Virus record (IMG/VR): IMGVR_UViG_3300016476_000468 | Span: 103,913 to 167,912 of that record | From: a virus | Taxonomy: Duplodnaviria; Heunggongvirae; Uroviricota; Caudoviricetes | Reading direction: 5' to 3' (one strand) | DNA length: 64,000 nucleotides | In this document: one piece after another, positions 58,494 to 64,000 of the stretch | Position numbering within the stretch: the stretch's first letter is position 1 | Layout: each line of letters begins with the position of its first letter | Translations under genes and position numbers: made by a program | The notes under the pieces: model-generated | Database searches by the model: none | Seen by the model: only the letters and a program-made list of their open reading frames with translations | What the model was told of the DNA's origin: nothing

Positions 58494-59665
58494 AATCATT
58501 TATCGACTTTCTAAAAGAAGAAGCTGAAGCAGAAGGTGCTAAGCTAAAACACATTCACCATGCTGAAGACCGTCCACTGATGCATGGCAAAGAAGGTTTC
58601 GAGCATACGCATGGTGCATTGACTCAAGCCCATGAGCACATGAAGGCTGGTAAAAAGTCTAGTGGTCTAACGATGAAGTACGATGGTTCTCCATCTGTAG
58701 TTTACGGTCACCACCCAGAAACTAAAAAGTTCTTTGTTGCTTCCAAATCTGCGTTCAATAAGAACCCTAAGTTAAATTACTCCCACGAAGACATCGAAAA
58801 GAACCATGGACATGCTCCAGGTCTTGTGACAAAACTAAAAGCTGCATTGGATCACCTGCCTAAAGTTGCACCTAAGAAGGGTGTCTATCAAGGTGATATT
58901 ATGCACAGTGGTGATGTTGAACATAAAAAAGATGGTGTTTCTTTCAAGCCAAACACTATCACTTATACCGCTAAAGGTGAGCAAGCCAAAGCGCACAAAG
59001 AGGCTAAACTAGGTGTTGTTACTCATACAAAGTATGAAGGTAAGAACATGGCTTCTATGAAAGCTACACCACATGTTAGCGACAAAGAGTTTGGTACTCA
59101 CAAAGATGTAGCGCACCACACTGCCGAGCACGACACTTCTAAGATTCACTATCCAGAAAGTGCTCACAAAGAATTCCAAAGTCATATGGATGCTGCTAAA
59201 AAGATCCACGACACCCACGGTAAAGACATGTACAAGGCTACAGAAAAACATCGTGGTGAAAATACTCATATGACTACTTACATCAACAGTACTGTTAGAA
59301 ATGATGAGAAGCCATCTGCTGAAGGTTTCCAGAAACATATTACAGCGCAAGGTGAGAAAGCTGCGGCTAAAGTCAAGACAGAAAAGTCTCAAGCAGCAAA
59401 ACGTGCCGAGCACGCTGAACACGTATCTCATGTCGAGGCAAACAAAGAACACTATAATAATTTGTTTGCTATGCATCACCACTTACAACAAGCCAAGAAT
59501 ACTCTAGTTAAACACCTAGAGACTCATGAGGGTGGTTATGAGCATCACATCAATGGTACAAAATCCAAGCCAGAAGGTTTCGTTGTCAATCACAAAGATG
59601 AACCAACCAAGTTGGTAAACCGTTCTGAGTTCGCAAAAGCTAACTTACTAAAGGTAAAGAAATGA
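58490..59665 (+). CDS. CTS-bearing His-rich protein with RNA-ligase-1-like nucleotidyltransferase motifs
   Basis: MKSFIDFLKE N-terminus; TMKYDGSPSVVYG...FFVASKSA ~ T4 Rnl1 LTKEDGSLVSTY...LFKSKGS; C-terminal EGFVVNHKD (motif IV-like). Confidence 0.4.
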   Translation: MKSFIDFLKEEAEAEGAKLKHIHHAEDRPLMHGKEGFEHTHGALTQAHEHMKAGKKSSGLTMKYDGSPSVVYGHHPETKKFFVASKSAFNKNPKLNYSHEDIEKNHGHAPGLVTKLKAALDHLPKVAPKKGVYQGDIMHSGDVEHKKDGVSFKPNTITYTAKGEQAKAHKEAKLGVVTHTKYEGKNMASMKATPHVSDKEFGTHKDVAHHTAEHDTSKIHYPESAHKEFQSHMDAAKKIHDTHGKDMYKATEKHRGENTHMTTYINSTVRNDEKPSAEGFQKHITAQGEKAAAKVKTEKSQAAKRAEHAEHVSHVEANKEHYNNLFAMHHHLQQAKNTLVKHLETHEGGYEHHINGTKSKPEGFVVNHKDEPTKLVNRSEFAKANLLKVKK

Positions 59666-59901
59666 TCTCATTTAAAGAATATATTACAGAAGGTCTAGCT
59701 GACGATATCCTAGCAGTAGCAAAGAAAGCTGGTATTAATGCTAAGAAAGCTCCTCCACTAGAGGATCGTAAGAAAGCAACTGCTAAGTTAATCAAGCACC
59801 GTGCAAGAGAAGCTAAGAGAAATCCTCCACCACCAAGAGAGATGCCACCACGTAAGACTGGCTTTGGCTCTGGTGCTGAAGACGACACTAAAGGAACTTA
59901 A
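59662..59901 (+). CDS. CTS-bearing small basic protein (79 aa)
   Basis: MISFKEYITE N-terminus; K/R/P-rich. Confidence 0.4.
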   Translation: MISFKEYITEGLADDILAVAKKAGINAKKAPPLEDRKKATAKLIKHRAREAKRNPPPPREMPPRKTGFGSGAEDDTKGT

Positions 59902-60840
59902 ATGAAATCATTTACAGATTACCTAAACGAAGGCGAGCGTGGTTTGTGGGATAACATCCATGCCAAGCGTAAGCGTATTGCTGCTGGATCTGGTGAGCGC
60001 ATGCGTAAACCTGGAAGCAAAGGTGCGCCAACTGCAGCTGCACTAAAGGCATCACAAAACGAAAGTGTAGTGGAACAAGCTCCAGTCGCTCCTACTTTAG
60101 ATAAAAAATATATCAAGGGTACGCCAGAGCACAAAGCATATAAAGCAACTAAGAAGCCGATCAATGGTCACCCAACCAATGTTAAAGAAGAGTTATCTGC
60201 TGATGAACAATTTGATTTAATAGAACAGATGGCTCAAGAAATCTCTGAAGAACTACAGATGGATCTGGAGCAAGTTTGGGAAGAGTTGGACGAGTTTAAC
60301 GATAACGAACTTGTAGAAGCCTGCAACTGCTGGACAGGTTACAAGCGTAAGCCTGGAACTAAACCATGTGAAGAAGGTTCTTGTGTAAAAGAAGAGTCTG
60401 AACTTGATGAGGGTATGAAACAAAATCTAAGAAAGTATGTTCCTGGATATGCCAAGCGTGAAATTGATAAAAAGATGGATGCTGGAAAATTTGGTAAAGA
60501 TGATGTAGCCAAGGATGCTAATTACTATCGCTATAAAAACATACAAGACAAGATAAAAAAAGAAGAAGTTGAACTAGACGAAGCCGCAGTTGATGCTAAA
60601 GGTTACAAGTCTTCTACTGGTGGCTTGACGCAAAAAGGTCGTGATGCTTACAATCGTAAAGAAGGCTCTAACCTAAAGGCTCCAGTAACTACACCACCTT
60701 CTAAATTAAAGAAGGGTAGCAAGGCATACAATCGTCGCAAGTCTTTCTGCGCACGTATGAGTGGCGTAGAAGGTCCAATGCGCAAACCAAATGGTGAACC
60801 AACACGCAAGGCGTTGGCACTAAGAAAGTGGAACTGCTAA
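59902..60840 (+). CDS. CTS-bearing K/E-rich predicted internal protein
   Basis: MKSFTDYLNE N-terminus; disordered basic/acidic composition. Confidence 0.45.
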   Translation: MKSFTDYLNEGERGLWDNIHAKRKRIAAGSGERMRKPGSKGAPTAAALKASQNESVVEQAPVAPTLDKKYIKGTPEHKAYKATKKPINGHPTNVKEELSADEQFDLIEQMAQEISEELQMDLEQVWEELDEFNDNELVEACNCWTGYKRKPGTKPCEEGSCVKEESELDEGMKQNLRKYVPGYAKREIDKKMDAGKFGKDDVAKDANYYRYKNIQDKIKKEEVELDEAAVDAKGYKSSTGGLTQKGRDAYNRKEGSNLKAPVTTPPSKLKKGSKAYNRRKSFCARMSGVEGPMRKPNGEPTRKALALRKWNC

Positions 60841-61454
60841 TGTTATCCTTTCTATCATTCCTAAAAGAAGCCAAGGCTGAGAAACATGCAGTCATGGCTT
60901 TTGGTCGTATGAACCCTCCGACTGCTGGTCACGAAGAAGTGGTTAAGAAGATGCATGATGTAGCCAAAGAGCATGGCGCCGAGCATCACTTGGTTCTTTC
61001 TCATAGCCAAGATGCTAAGAAGAACCCACTTCCAGCTGATAAAAAAGTTGAGCATGCTAAGAATGCATTCCCTGGAACTAATGTTCGTGCAGCATCTAAA
61101 GAAAAGCCAACTATCTTACACCATGCAGCAGACTTACACAAAGCTGGTGTGAAACACTTACACGTTGTAGCAGGTTCTGATCGCCATCAGGCAATGCATG
61201 AGTTGTTGCATAAATACAATGACGGTAAAGAACACGCTCATGGTTCTTATAAGTTCAAATCTATTACGTTACATTCATCTGGCGAACGTGATCCAGACTC
61301 TGAAGGTACTTCTGGTGTTTCTGGAACTAAGATGCGTGAGCATGCTGGTTCTGGTAACAAAGAAGAATTCCATAAGAACTTACCTTCTAAGATGAAGCCT
61401 GAGCACAAAGATGCATTATACCACGACTTACGTAAACATATGGGGCACGAATGA
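60841..61454 (+). CDS. CTS-bearing His-rich HIGH-superfamily nucleotidyltransferase-like protein
   Basis: MLSFLSFLKE N-terminus; GRMNPPTAGHEEV ~ PPAT/NMNAT GTFDPITNGH motif; His-rich tail. Confidence 0.45.
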
Positions 61455-62119
61455 AACAAACAAACGAAGGTACTATCCAACCAAATGGAACAGATAAGAT
61501 CGAGCTTGGTGTTCCCGATGTAGCAACTAAAAAGAAAACGGATAAAGAAATGAAAGATCAACAAAACGAATCTTGGACATTTGACACCGCTGCTATGGCC
61601 AAACAAGAACTAGCAGACGCTAAGAACAAACAACACCGTAAGCGTGGTAAGGTTGCTAACCTTCTGCGTAAACTAGGTATGAAAGAAGAGTTCGAAGGAA
61701 ACCCAATGCAAGAAGAATTAAAAGGTGGTCAAGTTAATCTTGACAAGAACAAAAACGGTAAGTTGGATAAGCAAGACTTCAAACTTCTTCGTAAAAAACT
61801 TCAAGAAGCAAAGATGGGCAAACCTGTCGATGTTGATAAGGTTCATGCGGCTGGCGAGAAACCACACGAAGAAAAGTGGGAAGACGCTAAGAAAGTCAAG
61901 AAAGAATCCTACACTGCTGAAGAACTTCTACAAGCATTGAAAGAAGGACTATGGCCAGGTACTCCAGAACACACTGCTAAATTTGGCGACAAGTACAAAC
62001 AGCAACAAGGTGGTGGCGCTGGTATGAAAAAAGGAACTCGTTATGGTGGCTCTGCACAAAAGCCAGAAAAAGAAGATGACAACGATGCTGACGACAAGCC
62101 AGCAAAGAAGAATAAATAA
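61451..62119 (+). CDS. K/E-rich disordered protein
   Basis: ORF, low complexity. Confidence 0.4.
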   Translation: MKQTNEGTIQPNGTDKIELGVPDVATKKKTDKEMKDQQNESWTFDTAAMAKQELADAKNKQHRKRGKVANLLRKLGMKEEFEGNPMQEELKGGQVNLDKNKNGKLDKQDFKLLRKKLQEAKMGKPVDVDKVHAAGEKPHEEKWEDAKKVKKESYTAEELLQALKEGLWPGTPEHTAKFGDKYKQQQGGGAGMKKGTRYGGSAQKPEKEDDNDADDKPAKKNK

Positions 62120-62147
62120 GATTACAGCCTAGATCAAGGAGATTAAA

Positions 62148-62438
62148 ATGGCACTATGGGGAAATACAGATAACGCAGAAAGCAAGCCAAAGTTTGTTAG
62201 CCAAGATGCTAATGGTACTATTGGTGGCACTGCTGGCGTAGCAATCACTTACGGCGTTGACGCTGTAGAAGAAAACGTAGCTTCTAACAAAGCCAAGGGT
62301 ATGCAGCACGCAGGATGGGTTCGTCGTGTTACATACACTGATGCACAAGGTAATGTTCGCAACAAGACTGAAACTCTAGTTGCTATGGGTTCTATGACAG
62401 GTGACGCAGCAGACGACGCAGTTGTTGCTGACGCTTAA
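62148..62438 (+). CDS. hypothetical protein
   Basis: ORF with GGAG RBS. Confidence 0.45.
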   Translation: MALWGNTDNAESKPKFVSQDANGTIGGTAGVAITYGVDAVEENVASNKAKGMQHAGWVRRVTYTDAQGNVRNKTETLVAMGSMTGDAADDAVVADA

Positions 62439-62440
62439 TA

Positions 62441-62465
62441 ATTCTGGAGGGCTAGTCCCTCCATT
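62441..62465 (+). terminator. hairpin GGAGGGCTAGTCCCTCC followed by ATTTGATT
   Basis: 7-bp GC-rich stem. Confidence 0.45.
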
Positions 62466-62848
62466 TGATTATGCAAACAAAATTGGATGAAAGTAACTTT
62501 TTAGTATATGCAATGCATCACTATGACAACCCGCAGTGTCATAGTATAGCAGAATTCGAAGATGACTTAAAGAAGATCTTATATCTTAAAAAGTTACTGA
62601 CTCGTTATAAAATTAATGGTGAGTTAAGAGAAAGATTAATTCTTAACCACATCATAGTTCTTTATAACATTTTTGGAGACGCAGCAACTAATATGCTGTT
62701 CTACAAAATAGAAGAATCCAATTGGGATGCTTTGATAACATTTTTAGTTTATCTAGAACGAATGCCAGAAGCAATACCACAGTATGGAATAAAACTTTCT
62801 GACATTAAGTTAGACGAAAAGATTATAGCTACGTTAAGGGATATCTAA
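62465..62848 (+). CDS. hypothetical protein
   Basis: ORF. Confidence 0.4.
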   Translation: MIMQTKLDESNFLVYAMHHYDNPQCHSIAEFEDDLKKILYLKKLLTRYKINGELRERLILNHIIVLYNIFGDAATNMLFYKIEESNWDALITFLVYLERMPEAIPQYGIKLSDIKLDEKIIATLRDI

Positions 62849-63381
62849 TGAGTCGTATTGTAGACAACGCAATGGCACTAAGGATTGTCAGAATGCTTGT
62901 CACTAATTTTAGTGACACGGCAGCATTCAAACTTGGTATTATTGATGCACGTGGAAACACTTTAAGACCATCAAGTACCCTTAAGACAACACAAGAAAAA
63001 GATGCATTTAGTTATTTGCATCGTCTTGTTTTTAATATGAAGAAACTAATCAACAGACTTCCAGGTGGCGAAAGTAGCCTAAAGAGTCTTGTTGGTGCTC
63101 TTTGGTTAGTCAGAGAATACTATGAGAGTGGTTCCAGAACAACTTCTCTTATGGAGTCACGCTACAAAGAAGTTATGCGTATGTTAGATAACAATGTTGT
63201 GTTAGCAGAAGAACAACTTGTTGTCCGTAAAGTTCTGGCTGAAGAAGGTGTTGCTGCTATTGGCGGTGCGCCAACAAATAATACTAGCGGTCCAGTTGCT
63301 ACACAAGAACCAAAGATCGGTAAGAAAAATATCAAGAAGTACCAAGTGATGTCCCGTAGATCTACACCAGTGGAGTGTTGA
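62848..63381 (+). CDS. hypothetical protein
   Basis: ORF. Confidence 0.4.
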   Translation: MSRIVDNAMALRIVRMLVTNFSDTAAFKLGIIDARGNTLRPSSTLKTTQEKDAFSYLHRLVFNMKKLINRLPGGESSLKSLVGALWLVREYYESGSRTTSLMESRYKEVMRMLDNNVVLAEEQLVVRKVLAEEGVAAIGGAPTNNTSGPVATQEPKIGKKNIKKYQVMSRRSTPVEC

Positions 63382-63382
63382 T

Positions 63383-63811
63383 ATGTGGATACTGGATTGG
63401 CTACCGTTCTGGGTTTTTCATCTCATCACTTTGATGGGAGTTCTTACATTAATTGCTGCGCAATTTTTTAAGTTCATCCCATTCATCACTCAATATCGCT
63501 TACCACTTCAGGTCGGCGGTATTCTTATTTTAGCCTTCGGTCTTTATATGGAAGGTGGTATTGCCACCCAAGAAAAGTGGGAAGCCCGTGTTAAAGAAGT
63601 TGAAGCAAAGGTTGCTGAGGCAGAAGCTAAATCTGCTAAGGTGAACACTAAGATTATCGAAAAGGTTAATACCAAAGTAGAAATAGTAAAAGTTCGTGGC
63701 GATGAAATCGTTAAATATGTTGACAGAGAAATTGTAAAATATGATGACCAGTGCAAAATTCCTAAGGAGTTTGTGAAGGCACATAACGATGCAGCGGAGC
63801 CAACGAAATGA
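63383..63811 (+). CDS. inner-membrane spanin (i-spanin)-like protein
   Basis: N-terminal TM segments then charged coiled-coil periplasmic domain; ATGA-coupled to lipoprotein gene. Confidence 0.5.
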   Translation: MWILDWLPFWVFHLITLMGVLTLIAAQFFKFIPFITQYRLPLQVGGILILAFGLYMEGGIATQEKWEARVKEVEAKVAEAEAKSAKVNTKIIEKVNTKVEIVKVRGDEIVKYVDREIVKYDDQCKIPKEFVKAHNDAAEPTK

Positions 63812-64000
63812 TTAAGACTATACTATCATTAACTGTAGCACTACTATTAGCTGGTTGTGCTACACCAGTTCCAGTGACAGCAAAGTTTCCAGAACCTCCA
63901 GGTAAACTTTCTACTACAGCATGCCCTAATCTACAAAAATTAAACGACGATGCTAAGCTAAGTGATGTAGCAAAGACAGTGACTGTTAATTATACAGAAT
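63808..64000 (+). CDS. outer-membrane lipoprotein spanin (o-spanin)-like; partial at window end
   Basis: MIKTILSLTVALLLAGCATP lipobox; Pro-rich; overlaps i-spanin stop. Confidence 0.5.
   Translation, partial: MIKTILSLTVALLLAGCATPVPVTAKFPEPPGKLSTTACPNLQKLNDDAKLSDVAKTVTVNYTE

Overview
This 64 kb window reads as a contiguous piece of a T4-like myovirus genome (far-T4 / marine-cyanomyovirus-like gene order). All confidently called genes are on the + strand. The antisense ORFs in the track lie inside + strand genes and are treated as spurious. Two features point to a cyanomyovirus/marine-T4-like lineage: the gene order g20-g21-g22-g23-g3-uvsY-uvsW-g55-g47-g46 and the CTAAATA/ATAAATA late-promoter-like motifs. 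The exact phage cannot be named from sequence alone.

The first 12.3 kb is a late virion module: a partial upstream gene, a gp14-like neck protein, gp15, large terminase gp17, tail sheath gp18, tail tube gp19, portal gp20, three small head-core candidates, prohead protease gp21, scaffold gp22 and major capsid gp23. A strong terminator follows gp23.

Next comes gp3, then recombination, replication and late-transcription genes: uvsY, uvsW, late sigma factor gp55, a P-loop ATPase, gp47/gp46 (Mre11/Rad50-like), sliding clamp gp45, clamp loader gp44/gp62, regA, an ATP-dependent ligase, dexA, DNA polymerase gp43, uvsX and helicase gp41.

Accessory genes are interleaved:
- NAD+ salvage: a nadV-type nicotinamide phosphoribosyltransferase and an NMN-adenylyltransferase/Nudix fusion.
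- A CobT (VWA) / CobS (MoxR-type AAA) pair.
- A peroxiredoxin plus AhpD pair.
- An SPFH-domain lipoprotein, a small heat-shock protein (Hsp20), a thioredoxin and a Dps/ferritin-like protein.
- Four 2OG-Fe(II)-oxygenase-like genes.

Five things stand out:
1. Six small paralogous genes lie in tandem at 22.1-24.2 kb. Their products end in ...HFGVE(E/K) and the genes are linked by overlapping ATGA stop/start junctions.
2. A ~90 bp regulatory cassette recurs at least five times. It consists of a conserved GTATTACTTT box, a terminator hairpin, and a TTGACT -35 / TGTATAAT extended -10 promoter. It resembles the T4 PeSL elements and brackets single accessory genes (nadV, cobT, cobS, an AK-rich protein).
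3. A 40-aa GSGYTSAP-type repeat occurs in both the tail sheath and the upstream gp14-like neck protein.
4. The gene cluster after gp41 (50.1-55.8 kb) looks like a DNA thymidine-hypermodification module: two oxygenases, a class-II glutamine amidotransferase, a GNAT-like protein, an unassigned protein and a P-loop kinase.
5. Five adjacent genes at 57.2-61.5 kb encode proteins whose first ten residues resemble the T4 internal-protein capsid-targeting sequence (MKTYQEFIAE, cleaved after Glu by gp21). I predict these are packaged and injected with the DNA. They include an Rnl1-like His-rich ligase-fold protein and two HIGH-motif nucleotidyltransferase-like proteins.

The window ends in an i-spanin/o-spanin pair.
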